NCBI GenBank assembly: GCA_044224875.1
Contig: JBGAJQ010000051.1
Coordinates: forward strand, 1 to 38,423
DNA length: 38,423 bases
Origin: Gemmatimonadaceae bacterium
Lineage (GTDB): Bacteria; Gemmatimonadota; Gemmatimonadetes; Gemmatimonadales; Gemmatimonadaceae
Direction of reading: 5' to 3'
Below are positions 10,893-20,736 of this stretch, piece by piece. The notes below the pieces were generated by a model. It had not been told where the DNA came from. It searched no databases and worked only from the letters and a program-made list of their open reading frames with translations. Position numbers and translations under genes: made by a program. Within the stretch, counting starts at the first letter, position 1; every line of letters starts with the position of its first letter.

Positions 10893-11441
10893 ATGAGTCA
10901 TGGTCCATCCGCGTCGGGAAGCGCGACCATTCGCGCCGCCGGCCATGGGCACGACGATACGCCTTACGAACCGGTGTTCGTTGGCGCGGCGCGCCAGAAG
11001 TTGGACGAGATCATCGCGCGCTATCCCACGAAGATGGCGGCGCTCCTGCCCGCCCTGTGGATGGTGCAAGAGGCACGCGGCTGGGTGAGTGAGGCCGGGA
11101 TGGCGGAGGTGGCCAACGCGTTGTCGCTGACGCCCGCCTATGTGAAGGGCGTCGTCACCTTCTACACGATGTACAACCAGCACCCGGTTGGGAAATATCT
11201 CATCCAGGTATGCACGACGACGCCCTGCCACGTGTGCGGCGCCGAGGACGTGGTGAATGCCTTCGTGAAGGAAACGAATTGTGGCGAGTTAGGCAGTACA
11301 TCGCCGGATGGCCGCTACACGGTGATCGAAGTCGAATGCCTCGGCGCCTGTGGCTTTGCAACACCGGTGATGGTGAATGCGGATTTTCTCGAGTCGGTGA
11401 GCGCAGACCGCGTCCCCGACGTGCTTTCACGCTACAAGTAG
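10893..11441 (+). CDS. nuoE: NADH-quinone oxidoreductase subunit E
   Basis: GVVTFYTMY, QVCTTTPCHVCG and VECLGACG [2Fe-2S] ligands. Confidence 0.94.
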   Translation: MSHGPSASGSATIRAAGHGHDDTPYEPVFVGAARQKLDEIIARYPTKMAALLPALWMVQEARGWVSEAGMAEVANALSLTPAYVKGVVTFYTMYNQHPVGKYLIQVCTTTPCHVCGAEDVVNAFVKETNCGELGSTSPDGRYTVIEVECLGACGFATPVMVNADFLESVSADRVPDVLSRYK

Positions 11442-11480
11442 AGCTGTCGTACCGGCCCCTCGTCACCCGCTCTTACACCC

Positions 11481-12797
11481 ATGGGTTATCCATTCAAGCC
11501 GCACGCAAGAGAGACACTCGTCCTGTCGACGCACTTCGGTGATCCCGAAGCGCGCACCCTGGACGGATGGAAGGCGCGGGGTGGCTATCGCGCGCTCGAG
11601 ACGGCGTTAGGCATGGATCCCGTCGCCATCCAGAATGTGGTGAAGGAGTCAGGGCTGCGCGGACGCGGCGGTGCAGGATTCCCGACCGGCATCAAGTGGT
11701 CGTTCATGAAGATCGGCGACGGGAAGCCACACTACCTCTGCTGCAACGCCGACGAATCGGAACCGGGCACCTTCAAGGACCGGGAAATCATGCGCTGGAC
11801 GCCGCACGCGCTCATCGAAGGATGCGCGATCGGGGCGTACGCCATTGGCGCCGAAACCTGCTACATCTACATCCGCGGCGAGTTTACCGAGCCGCTGCTG
11901 CGCATGGAAACGGCGTTGGCCGAGGCTCGTGCCGCGGGGATCATCGGCAAGAATGCGATGGGCACCGGCAAGACCATCAACATCTGGGTGCACAAAGGCG
12001 CCGGCGCGTACATCTGTGGCGAAGAAACCGCCCTCATGAATTCCATCGAGGGCAAACGCGGGAATCCGCGCATCAAGCCACCATTTCCCGCGGTCGCCGG
12101 CGTGTTTGGGAAGCCGACGACCATCAATAACGTCGAGACGCTGGCCGCCGTCCCGCACATCATCAACAATGGCGGGGAGTGGTACAAGAAGTTCTCACGC
12201 GCCGACAATCCGAAATCCACCGGCACCAAGCTGTGGAGCGTGTGCGGCAACATCGCACGACCAGGCAACTACGAAGTGCAAATGGGATTCCCGTTTGGTG
12301 AATTCCTGCGCGAAGTGTGCGGTGGCGCGCTACCGGGTCGCGAACTGAAGGCCGTGATCCCGGGCGGTTCCTCGGTACCGATCATCAACATGGAAGAAGC
12401 AGACCGCGCGCTCATGGACTACGAAGGCATGGTTGCCGTTGGCACCATGCTTGGGTCGGCCGGCTGCATCGTGATCGACAATGCCCAAAGCATCCCCCGG
12501 CAGGTGGCTCGGTTGGCGCGGTTTTATGCGCATGAGAGCTGCGCCCAGTGTACGCAGTGCCGCGAAGGGACGGCGTGGACCACGAAGATCCTCGAACGAA
12601 TCGTTGCAGGCGACGGAACAGCCGAAGACTTCGACACATTGATGGATCTGGCGGAGAACATGACCGGAAAGACGATCTGCGTCCTGAGCGACTCGTGCGC
12701 GACGCCCGTGACGTCGGCGCTGCAACGATTCCGTCCGGAGTTTGAGGCGTTGATCACCAGGAAGAGCGTGCACGCCGTGCCGGTGGTGGTATCCTGA
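11481..12797 (+). CDS. nuoF: NADH-quinone oxidoreductase subunit F
   Basis: SGLRGRGGAGFPTG.KWSF, NADESEPGTFKDR, GAGAYICGEETAL, ESCAQCTQCREG. Confidence 0.96.
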   Translation: MGYPFKPHARETLVLSTHFGDPEARTLDGWKARGGYRALETALGMDPVAIQNVVKESGLRGRGGAGFPTGIKWSFMKIGDGKPHYLCCNADESEPGTFKDREIMRWTPHALIEGCAIGAYAIGAETCYIYIRGEFTEPLLRMETALAEARAAGIIGKNAMGTGKTINIWVHKGAGAYICGEETALMNSIEGKRGNPRIKPPFPAVAGVFGKPTTINNVETLAAVPHIINNGGEWYKKFSRADNPKSTGTKLWSVCGNIARPGNYEVQMGFPFGEFLREVCGGALPGRELKAVIPGGSSVPIINMEEADRALMDYEGMVAVGTMLGSAGCIVIDNAQSIPRQVARLARFYAHESCAQCTQCREGTAWTTKILERIVAGDGTAEDFDTLMDLAENMTGKTICVLSDSCATPVTSALQRFRPEFEALITRKSVHAVPVVVS

Positions 12798-14362
12798 TGG
12801 CCGACACCAACGTGGTGAACCTGACGATCGAGGGGCGCCCGGTGAGCGTGGCGCCGGGTACAACCATCCTCGAGGCGGCGAAGACCGCCGGCGTCCTGAT
12901 CCCGCACTACTGCTACCATCCCGGGCTCCCCGTGGCTGGGGTATGTCGCATGTGCCTGGTGGATGTCGAGAAGTCGCCCAAGTTGGCACCGGCCTGCGCG
13001 ACGGCCGTGGGCGAGGGACAGGTCGTGCACGTGCACAACGAAAAGGCACGCGAGGCGCGGAAGGGCGTGCTCGAAATGCTGCTCATCAACCACCCACTGG
13101 ATTGTCCAATTTGCGACCAGTCGGGTGAGTGCGAGCTGCAAGACTATACCTATCAGGAAGGGCGCGCCGACTCGCGGTATCGCGAACCCAAACGCTTCAA
13201 CCCCGTCGAAGACTTTGGCGGCGATGTGCTGTATGTGCCTAATCGCTGCATTCTGTGCACGCGGTGCGTGCGCTTCATGGAAGACGTGGCGGAAGACCCG
13301 GTGTTGAACGTGGAGGAGCGAGGCGACCGGGCGCACATCGGTCGTTTCGAGGGAAAGGACCTGACGCATCCGTGGGCGGCGAATGTCGTCGATCTATGCC
13401 CAGTCGGCGCCTTGCTCTCAAAGGACTTTCTGAACAAGGCGCGCGCGTGGGAGCTCGACCGCACGGCGTCGGTGTGCATGGGGTGTTCGCAGGGGTGCAA
13501 CGTGATCGTCGAGACGCGCGACAACACCGTCGTGCGCCTTCGACCGCGTTCCAACCCGGCGGTGAACGCGTTCTTCATGTGCGACCACGGTCGCGGGAAC
13601 TATCGGTGGTTGAATCGCCGCGATCGTCTCGAGTCGCCGGCCATTCTCGGTGCCGGAGGCTATCAATCCGTCGACTGGGACGTGGCGACCGACGGAGCCG
13701 CGCGCGTGCTGAAGGGCAAACGCGTGGTGGTCCTGGCGTCGCCCAATCTCTCGAACGAAGCGCTGTGGCTGCTGTCCCGAATCGTAAAGAAGAGCGGCGG
13801 CGCGGGCGTGTACCGCATGCCTAACGGACCAGAGGCGCCGCTTCCTGGCGTCCAGGATCTAGCACTTCGCGCGGATCGGGCGGCCAATGGTTCCGGCGCG
13901 GACCTGTTCGGATTCACGCGCTCGGCGTCGCCGCTCGAGGCGCTGCAACAGGGTGACGCGCTGCTCATCGCGGATGCAGATCTTGCAGCTGCCGATGTGC
14001 CGCACCTTGTGCGGGCATCCGCGGTCGTGGTCGTCGGCACGGTGATGCCCGCCGGCCTCGAACGAGCTCACGTCACGTTGCCGATCTGCAACGTGGTCGA
14101 GGAAGAGGGGACCGTGACGAACCTGCGCGGCCGCGTCCAGCGCTTCCTGCAAGCGAAAGCCGCCGATGGATTGGCACGGCCAAGCTGGTATGTGTTGTCC
14201 GACCTGTGCAATGCGTTAGGCGAAAGCGCGAGCTATTTCACGTCGGCCGAGGTCTTCGCGGCCCTGGCGACGGCGCACGCCGAGTTCGCGGGCATGAGTT
14301 ACGGGAGCCTGGGACTGCGCGGCGAGAGCGTCGCCAGTGCCCGCGCGGGAGCGTCCGCATGA
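12797..14362 (+). CDS. nuoG: NADH-quinone oxidoreductase subunit G (short form, 521 aa)
   Basis: IPHYCYHP..AGVCRMCLV, HPLDCPICDQSGECELQD, RCILCTRCVRF, DLCPVGAL, plus CMGCSQGC..CDHGR. Confidence 0.92.
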   Translation: MADTNVVNLTIEGRPVSVAPGTTILEAAKTAGVLIPHYCYHPGLPVAGVCRMCLVDVEKSPKLAPACATAVGEGQVVHVHNEKAREARKGVLEMLLINHPLDCPICDQSGECELQDYTYQEGRADSRYREPKRFNPVEDFGGDVLYVPNRCILCTRCVRFMEDVAEDPVLNVEERGDRAHIGRFEGKDLTHPWAANVVDLCPVGALLSKDFLNKARAWELDRTASVCMGCSQGCNVIVETRDNTVVRLRPRSNPAVNAFFMCDHGRGNYRWLNRRDRLESPAILGAGGYQSVDWDVATDGAARVLKGKRVVVLASPNLSNEALWLLSRIVKKSGGAGVYRMPNGPEAPLPGVQDLALRADRAANGSGADLFGFTRSASPLEALQQGDALLIADADLAAADVPHLVRASAVVVVGTVMPAGLERAHVTLPICNVVEEEGTVTNLRGRVQRFLQAKAADGLARPSWYVLSDLCNALGESASYFTSAEVFAALATAHAEFAGMSYGSLGLRGESVASARAGASA

Positions 14363-15648
14363 CGTCTCCAGTCTTCTTCGCGCTCCTGCAGGTCGTCGAT
14401 CGTCAGGCGCCGGCTGCGTTCTGGCCGTGGTTCCTGTTCACCCTGGTCAAGTTGCTGTTGTTCTTCACGGTGGCCATGGTGGTCGTGGCCTACACGACCT
14501 TGGCCGAGCGAAAGGTGTCGGCGTGGATGCAGGACCGCCTCGGACCCAATCGGGTCGGCCCGAAAGGACTGTTCCAGCCGCTGGCGGATGGTCTCAAGAA
14601 CATCATGAAGGAAGAGACGCTGCCGCCGTACGTGAATCGCGCCCTGTTCCTCATTGCTCCTGCCTTGTCCTTCCTGCCGGCCATGCTGGTGTGGGCGGTG
14701 ATCCCGTTCGCCGCCCCATGGGCATCGCCATGGGGTCGCTTGGAGATGCAGCTGGCGTCCCTACCGATCGGCTTCCTGTTCATCCTCGCCGTGTCGTCGT
14801 TGGGCGTGTACGGCATCGTGCTCGCTGGCTGGGCGTCGAACAACAAGTACGCCCTGCTCGGCGGACTGCGGTCGAGCGCACAGATGGTCTCGTACGAGAT
14901 CTCGATGGGGATGTCCCTAATTCCCGTGTTGCTGCTGGCCGGCAACGTGACCCTCGCAGACATCGTGAACCAACAGGCGCAGCTGCATCTGTGGAACGTG
15001 CTCTCCCTGGCCGTCGCGTTCTTCCTGTACACGGTCTCGGCGTTTGCGGAAACGAATCGACTGCCGTTTGACCTGCCGGAAGCCGAGTCGGAGCTGATCA
15101 CGGGATATCACACGGAATACAGCGCGATGAAGTTCTCGCTGTTCTTCATCGCCGAGTACGCGAACATGCTCACGCAGAGCGCCATGATCGCGACGCTTTT
15201 CTTTGGTGGGTGGGACATTCCGTTCATGACCGCGGACAACACGGGCGCCGTGTCGTTGCCGCTGGTGTTGCTGTCACTCGCGATCATGCTCGCCAAGGTG
15301 CTGTTCTTCCTCTTCTTCTATATCTGGATCCGCTGGACCTTGCCACGCTTCCGATACGATCAGCTCATGTCGATCGGGTGGAAGATCCTGCTGCCGGTGG
15401 CGCTGGCGTACATCGTGATCATGGCCTCGGTTCTGTTGGGGCTGGACATGGCGGGTGTGAAGCGCGGCTTCCCGTACGGGCTGTGGCTGTTCGCGGTGAA
15501 CGCCGTGCTCGCAATCGGCCTGTTCTTTGTGCTCGACCGTGGGCGGCTGGTGAGCCCAGCGTATGGCCGCGCCAAGCCGCGCGAGCTCGCCCGGTTGCGC
15601 AGCTTGACGACGAGCAGGTCCAACCTTTCGACGCAGGCGGGGGACTGA
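14359..15648 (+). CDS. nuoH: NADH-quinone oxidoreductase subunit H
   Basis: ERKVSAWMQDRLGPNRVGP.GL.QPLADGLK, GGLRSSAQMVSYE, ETNRLPFDLPEAESEL, PRFRYDQLM. ATGA overlap with nuoG. Confidence 0.95.
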   Translation: MTSPVFFALLQVVDRQAPAAFWPWFLFTLVKLLLFFTVAMVVVAYTTLAERKVSAWMQDRLGPNRVGPKGLFQPLADGLKNIMKEETLPPYVNRALFLIAPALSFLPAMLVWAVIPFAAPWASPWGRLEMQLASLPIGFLFILAVSSLGVYGIVLAGWASNNKYALLGGLRSSAQMVSYEISMGMSLIPVLLLAGNVTLADIVNQQAQLHLWNVLSLAVAFFLYTVSAFAETNRLPFDLPEAESELITGYHTEYSAMKFSLFFIAEYANMLTQSAMIATLFFGGWDIPFMTADNTGAVSLPLVLLSLAIMLAKVLFFLFFYIWIRWTLPRFRYDQLMSIGWKILLPVALAYIVIMASVLLGLDMAGVKRGFPYGLWLFAVNAVLAIGLFFVLDRGRLVSPAYGRAKPRELARLRSLTTSRSNLSTQAGD

Positions 15649-16142
15649 TGGCGATCACCGTCAAGGTCGTCGACCGACCGATCGCACAGACGAGTTATGT
15701 GCGCGCGACGGTCAAGGGAATGGCCAATACGCTGAAGCACATGTTTCAGTCGAAGCAGACGACGCAATACCCCGAGCAGAAGGAGAGCATCTCGCGCCGT
15801 TGGCGTGGTACGCACCGGATGCTCACGACGGAGGATGGCAAGGCGAAGTGCGTGGCGTGTGGTCTCTGTCCCACGGTCTGCCCCGCCAACTGCATCAAGT
15901 TGGTCCCCGGCGAGGATGAGAAGGGAAACCGGTATCCGTTGATTTTCGAGATCGACGAGTTTCGTTGCATCTTCTGTGGATATTGCCAGGAAGTGTGCCC
16001 CGAGGAAGCGATTCACCTGGGGCGGCACTACGAAAACGCCGAGTACAGCCGTGAAGGCTTTGTGTACGATTTGGAGCGACTGATGGCCCAGACGCATCCG
16101 GTGTGTGAGCTGTGGGACCCGGCGGACCCCAAGGGCGAGTAA
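15648..16142 (+). CDS. nuoI: NADH-quinone oxidoreductase subunit I
   Basis: CVACGLCPTVCP and CIFCGYCQEVCPEEAI [4Fe-4S] motifs; TGATG overlap. Confidence 0.95.
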   Translation: MAITVKVVDRPIAQTSYVRATVKGMANTLKHMFQSKQTTQYPEQKESISRRWRGTHRMLTTEDGKAKCVACGLCPTVCPANCIKLVPGEDEKGNRYPLIFEIDEFRCIFCGYCQEVCPEEAIHLGRHYENAEYSREGFVYDLERLMAQTHPVCELWDPADPKGE

Positions 16143-16678
16143 TGCCGAACTTTTTCTATCAGGTTCATTTCTATCTCTTCGGGCTCATCGCGATCGCGTG
16201 CGCCTTGGCGTTCGTCACGCGGAAGAGTCCCGTGGCCGCGGCGCTGTGGCTGGTGAATACGATGTTTGCGCTGGCGGCGCTGTATGTCATGCTGGACGCC
16301 CACTTCATCGGCGCGATTCAGGTTCTGGTGTATGCCGGTGCCATCATGGTCGTGTTCCTGTTCGTGGTGATGCTCTTGAACCTCGGGCATCCCGACGACG
16401 TGTCTGACATTCGGGGCAAGTGGGGGAAGCTGGCGGCCGGACTGTTGGGGCTGGCGATGCTGGCGCAGCTGATGGCTCTGGCCCGGTCCGCGGCGCCCAG
16501 TTCACTGGTAGTGGAGCCGCGAGAGAGTGCGGACGCCCTGACCTCCCTGAATGCCGTGGGCGTGATCGCGAAGCCGCTCTTCGGTGAATACATGGTCGCC
16601 TTCGAGGTGACCAGCTTGTTGCTGCTGGTGGCGATCGTCGGAGCTGTCGTCCTCGGAAAGCGGAGGGCATCCGCATGA
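16142..16678 (+). CDS. nuoJ: NADH-quinone oxidoreductase subunit J
   Basis: [45 protein letters not shown] overlap. Confidence 0.94.
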   Translation: MPNFFYQVHFYLFGLIAIACALAFVTRKSPVAAALWLVNTMFALAALYVMLDAHFIGAIQVLVYAGAIMVVFLFVVMLLNLGHPDDVSDIRGKWGKLAAGLLGLAMLAQLMALARSAAPSSLVVEPRESADALTSLNAVGVIAKPLFGEYMVAFEVTSLLLLVAIVGAVVLGKRRASA

Positions 16679-16971
16679 TGGTTCAGGAGGCCTTGGCCCT
16701 CTCCGCCGTGCTCTTCACGATCGGTGCGATCGGCGTGCTGACGCGCCGGAATGCGATCGTGATCTTCATGTGTGTGGAGCTGATGTTGAACGCGGTCAAC
16801 CTGTCCTTTATCGCCTTCTCGCGTCTCTACGGCGTCACGGGTCAGGTCTTCGTTGTCTTTGTCATGACGGTCGCTGCGGCAGAGGCCGCGGTCGGACTCG
16901 CGATCATCATCGCGATCTTCCGCCACCGGCAAACGGTGGACCTCAAGAACATCAACCTCCTGAAAGGCTGA
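16675..16971 (+). CDS. nuoK: NADH-quinone oxidoreductase subunit K
   Basis: [34 protein letters not shown]. Confidence 0.95.
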   Translation: MMVQEALALSAVLFTIGAIGVLTRRNAIVIFMCVELMLNAVNLSFIAFSRLYGVTGQVFVVFVMTVAAAEAAVGLAIIIAIFRHRQTVDLKNINLLKG

Positions 16972-19154
16972 TGCTGGCTCAGCTTGCAGCAACCGCGGGG
17001 GCGCACCCGCTGGACGGAAGCGCGGCGGAGTGGATCTGGCTGGTGCCGATCCTGCCGCTGATCGGGTTCCTGATCAATGGTGCGCTCTCCCTCCTGAGCG
17101 TGGCCAAGGTCGGGCCTAGCGACCCGTCGGCGGGCGGACACGACGATCATCACGGCGCCGACCACGGCGCCCACGCTGCGCATGACGATCATCATCACGC
17201 GCCGACCGCGCATCGATTCGCCGGGATCGTCAGCATCGTCGGACCCGCGGTCCTTGCCCTCTCGTTTGCCCTGGCGGTGATGATCTTCGGCGCCGTGTCG
17301 ACGGCGCACCCGGAAGAGCCTTTTGTGAAGGACATGTTCACTTGGATGATCGCCGGCGACTTGATCGTGAGAGCGGGCTTCCAGGTCGACCAACTCTCGA
17401 TGGTGATGGTACTGGTCATCACCGGTGTGGGCACCCTGATCCACATCTTCTCCGTCGGCTACATGCGGGAGGACCCGGGGTACCCACGGTACTTCGCGTA
17501 CCTCAACCTGTTCGTGTTCTTCATGCTGGTGCTCGTATTGGGCGCCAGCTACCCCGTCTTGTTTGTCGGCTGGGAAGGGGTCGGCCTTTGCTCGTACTTG
17601 TTGATCGGATTCTGGTTCTCCGAAAAGGCCAACGCCGACGCCGGGAAGAAGGCGTTCATCGTCAACCGCATCGGCGACTTCGGATTTCTGGTCGCGATGT
17701 TCCTGCTGTATTCGAATCTTGGTGTGCTGGACTTCGCCGGTGTGAACGAAGCCGCGGCCAAGCTGCCCATGGCAGGTCCGCTCGTGACCGCCATTTGTCT
17801 CTTCTTGTTCCTCGGCTGCGCCGGTAAGAGTGCGCAGATCCCGCTCTACGTGTGGCTGCCGGATGCCATGGCGGGCCCAACGCCAGTGTCCGCCCTTATC
17901 CATGCGGCGACGATGGTGACCGCCGGCGTGTACCTGGTGGCACGAAGCGCGACGTTGTTCTCCATGGCGCCGGCGGCGGGTTTGACCGTGGCTTTTGTCG
18001 GAGGCCTAACGGCGCTCTTTGCGGCTACCATCGGGTTGAAGCAGTGGGACATCAAGAAGGTGCTCGCCTATTCCACCGTTTCGCAGCTGGGCTACATGTT
18101 CGTGGGCGTGGGCGTCGGTGCTTACGCCGCCGGCGTGTTTCACCTGGTGACGCATGCGTTCTTCAAGGCCCTGCTGTTCCTGGGATCGGGCTCGGTGATC
18201 TACGCCATGCACCAGGCCTATCATCACACGGGGAATCATGACGACGCCCAGGACATGCGAAACATGGGTGGTCTCAAGCAATACATGCCGGTGACGTTCG
18301 TGCTGATGTGGATTGCGACGCTGGCGATTGCGGGGATTCCTCCATTCGCCGGATTCTTCTCCAAGGACGAGATCCTCGGCTCCGTTTTCGCGCGAACGCA
18401 CGAGTCCACGTTGGCATCGGCAACCTGGCTGGGGCTCCCCGGGTCCGCGGTGCTGTACATCGTGTGGGTGTTTGGGCTGGCGGCAGCGCTCCTGACCGCG
18501 ATCTACATGACGCGCATGATGCTCTACACGTTCCACGGCCCGAATCGATCCGGGGAGCGCGAGCGCGAGCACTTGCATGAGGCGCCGTGGGTGATGACCG
18601 GCCCGCTCGTCGTGCTGGGCGGCATGAGCCTCGTGGGCGGATGGTTGAACCTTCCCGAATTTCTACCCGCGGGACCGGTGCAAGCCCTCCACCACTGGCT
18701 GGAGCCGGTCACCGGCGCTGCGACGCTGCGTGTGTTAGGCGGTAAGGAGTCCCACGTGGCGGAGTCGACGGAGTTCATGCTGGTGGGGATCGCCGTGGCC
18801 ATCGCCATCGCGGGCATTCTGGTGGCGTACACACGTCTCAAGCCTCAGGCCCTGGTTCCCAAGGCGCAGTCGCCGGAAGCCGAAGGCTTCGAGCGCTTGT
18901 TGGAGCACAAGTACTACGTGGACGAGCTGTACGACCGAACGGTCGTACAACCCGTGGTCAGTGGCGCGCGGAGCGTGCTCTGGCGCGGCATGGACGCCGG
19001 GCTAATCGACGGGTTGTTCGTGAACGGCAGTGCGTACCTCGCTCGCGGCTTCGGTTGGTTAGGCGCGCGTCTGCAGTCCGGTCGCGTCGGGACGTACGCG
19101 TGGGTCCTGGTTATTGGCGTCATCGCGGTCTTGAGCGCCTTCTCCCTGCGGTAG
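16971..19154 (+). CDS. nuoL: NADH-quinone oxidoreductase subunit L
   Basis: GWEGVGLCSYLLIGFW, NRIGDFG, GKSAQIPLYVWLPDAMAGPTPVSALIHAATMVTAG, HAFFKALLFLGSG; TGATG overlap. Confidence 0.96.
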   Translation: MLAQLAATAGAHPLDGSAAEWIWLVPILPLIGFLINGALSLLSVAKVGPSDPSAGGHDDHHGADHGAHAAHDDHHHAPTAHRFAGIVSIVGPAVLALSFALAVMIFGAVSTAHPEEPFVKDMFTWMIAGDLIVRAGFQVDQLSMVMVLVITGVGTLIHIFSVGYMREDPGYPRYFAYLNLFVFFMLVLVLGASYPVLFVGWEGVGLCSYLLIGFWFSEKANADAGKKAFIVNRIGDFGFLVAMFLLYSNLGVLDFAGVNEAAAKLPMAGPLVTAICLFLFLGCAGKSAQIPLYVWLPDAMAGPTPVSALIHAATMVTAGVYLVARSATLFSMAPAAGLTVAFVGGLTALFAATIGLKQWDIKKVLAYSTVSQLGYMFVGVGVGAYAAGVFHLVTHAFFKALLFLGSGSVIYAMHQAYHHTGNHDDAQDMRNMGGLKQYMPVTFVLMWIATLAIAGIPPFAGFFSKDEILGSVFARTHESTLASATWLGLPGSAVLYIVWVFGLAAALLTAIYMTRMMLYTFHGPNRSGEREREHLHEAPWVMTGPLVVLGGMSLVGGWLNLPEFLPAGPVQALHHWLEPVTGAATLRVLGGKESHVAESTEFMLVGIAVAIAIAGILVAYTRLKPQALVPKAQSPEAEGFERLLEHKYYVDELYDRTVVQPVVSGARSVLWRGMDAGLIDGLFVNGSAYLARGFGWLGARLQSGRVGTYAWVLVIGVIAVLSAFSLR

Positions 19155-19158
19155 AGCC

Positions 19159-20736
19159 ATGAACCAATTCCTCACTTCCATCAACTACAACGGCTGGATC
19201 CTGCCGGCCCTCCTCGCCTTGCCGACGTTGGGCGCCGTCCTCGTGTGGGGCATGGGTGCGATGTCGCGTGCGGGAGATGACGCCGGTGCGAACGCCGCGC
19301 GGCGCGTGACATTTCTGGTCCTGCTGGCGGAGTTTGTGCTGTCGACCGGGCTTTGGTGGTCCATGGACCCGAAGTCAGCGGCGTGGCAGGCCGTCTTTGA
19401 TGTGCGATGGATCGACGCGTGGGGCGCCCGGTTTGCGCTCGGGATCGATGGCATTTCGGTGATGATGGTGCTGCTCACCACCTTGCTCATGCCGTTGGCG
19501 ATCCTCGGCGGCTGGACGAGTATTCGCAACAAGGTGCACGCCTACCACGCCCTGATGTTGGTGCTGACGACGGGCATGCTTGGGGTTTTCCTGGCCAAGG
19601 ATCTCTTCCTCTTCTACGTGATGTGGGAAGTGATGCTCGTTCCCATGTACTTCATTATCGGCGTATGGGGCGGGGAACGGCGCATCTACGCCTCCTTGAA
19701 GTTCTTCATCTACACGATGGTGGGCTCGCTGCTCATGTTGGTGGCCATCGTCTACATGGGGTTGCAGGCTGGCATGACGGAGGGCAAGCCGAATTTCTCG
19801 TACGAGGCAGTCATGGCCGTGGCGGGACTCTCCCCATCGGCGATGTTCTGGTTGTTCGGCGCGTTCTTTGTCGCATTCGCCGTGAAGGTCCCGATGTTCC
19901 CGTTCCACACGTGGCTGCCGGACGCGCACGTGGAGGCACCTACGGCGGGATCCGTGATCCTGGCCGGCGTTCTCCTCAAGCTCGGAACCTACGGGTTCCT
20001 GCGCTTTGCGCTGCCGCTGTTCCCGGGTGTCGCGTTGCACCCCGCGGTACGCACCACGATTCTCGTGCTCGCCGTGGTCGGCGTCATCTATGGCTCGCTC
20101 GTGGCGTTGGTGCAGCCTGATTTCAAGAAGTTGGTGGCGTATTCGTCCGTTGCGCACCTCGGCATGGTGATGCTCGGCATCTTTGCCAACACGCGCGAGA
20201 GCATGCAGGGCGCGCTCATGGTCATGATCGGTCACGGCTTCTCGACCGGCGCACTCTTCTTCCTGATCGGCGTGATTTACGAGCGCAAGCACTCGCGGCT
20301 CATTGCGGACTACGGTGGCATTGCCATGGTCGTACCGATCTACGCTACCATCCTCACGGTGGTGGCCTTGAGTTCGATTGGACTGCCCGGGACGAACGGG
20401 TTTGTCGCCGAATTCCTGGTGATGGTGGGGTCGTTCAAGACGGTCCCGTACCTGACCACCGTGTCGGCGTTAGGCGTAATTCTCGCCGCGGCCTATCTGC
20501 TGTGGGCACTCCAGCGCGTGATCTACAACGCGCTGGACAAGCCATCCAATGCCGCGCTCCCCGACATGAACTGGCGCGAGATCGGTCTCATGACGCCTTT
20601 ACTCATCGGCATCTTGTGGCTGGGCATCTATCCCAAGCCGGTGCTGCAACGGATGGAGGCATCCACGACCAAGCTCGTTCAACTCGTTGAGAAGCGAGGT
20701 GCCAATCAGTTGCCCCAGCTCACCGGAGGCAATTGA
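19159..20736 (+). CDS. nuoM: NADH-quinone oxidoreductase subunit M
   Basis: FLFYVMWE, AFAVKVPMFPFHTWLPDAHVEAPTAGSVILAGVLLKLG.YG, VAYSSVAH. Confidence 0.96.
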   Translation: MNQFLTSINYNGWILPALLALPTLGAVLVWGMGAMSRAGDDAGANAARRVTFLVLLAEFVLSTGLWWSMDPKSAAWQAVFDVRWIDAWGARFALGIDGISVMMVLLTTLLMPLAILGGWTSIRNKVHAYHALMLVLTTGMLGVFLAKDLFLFYVMWEVMLVPMYFIIGVWGGERRIYASLKFFIYTMVGSLLMLVAIVYMGLQAGMTEGKPNFSYEAVMAVAGLSPSAMFWLFGAFFVAFAVKVPMFPFHTWLPDAHVEAPTAGSVILAGVLLKLGTYGFLRFALPLFPGVALHPAVRTTILVLAVVGVIYGSLVALVQPDFKKLVAYSSVAHLGMVMLGIFANTRESMQGALMVMIGHGFSTGALFFLIGVIYERKHSRLIADYGGIAMVVPIYATILTVVALSSIGLPGTNGFVAEFLVMVGSFKTVPYLTTVSALGVILAAAYLLWALQRVIYNALDKPSNAALPDMNWREIGLMTPLLIGILWLGIYPKPVLQRMEASTTKLVQLVEKRGANQLPQLTGGN

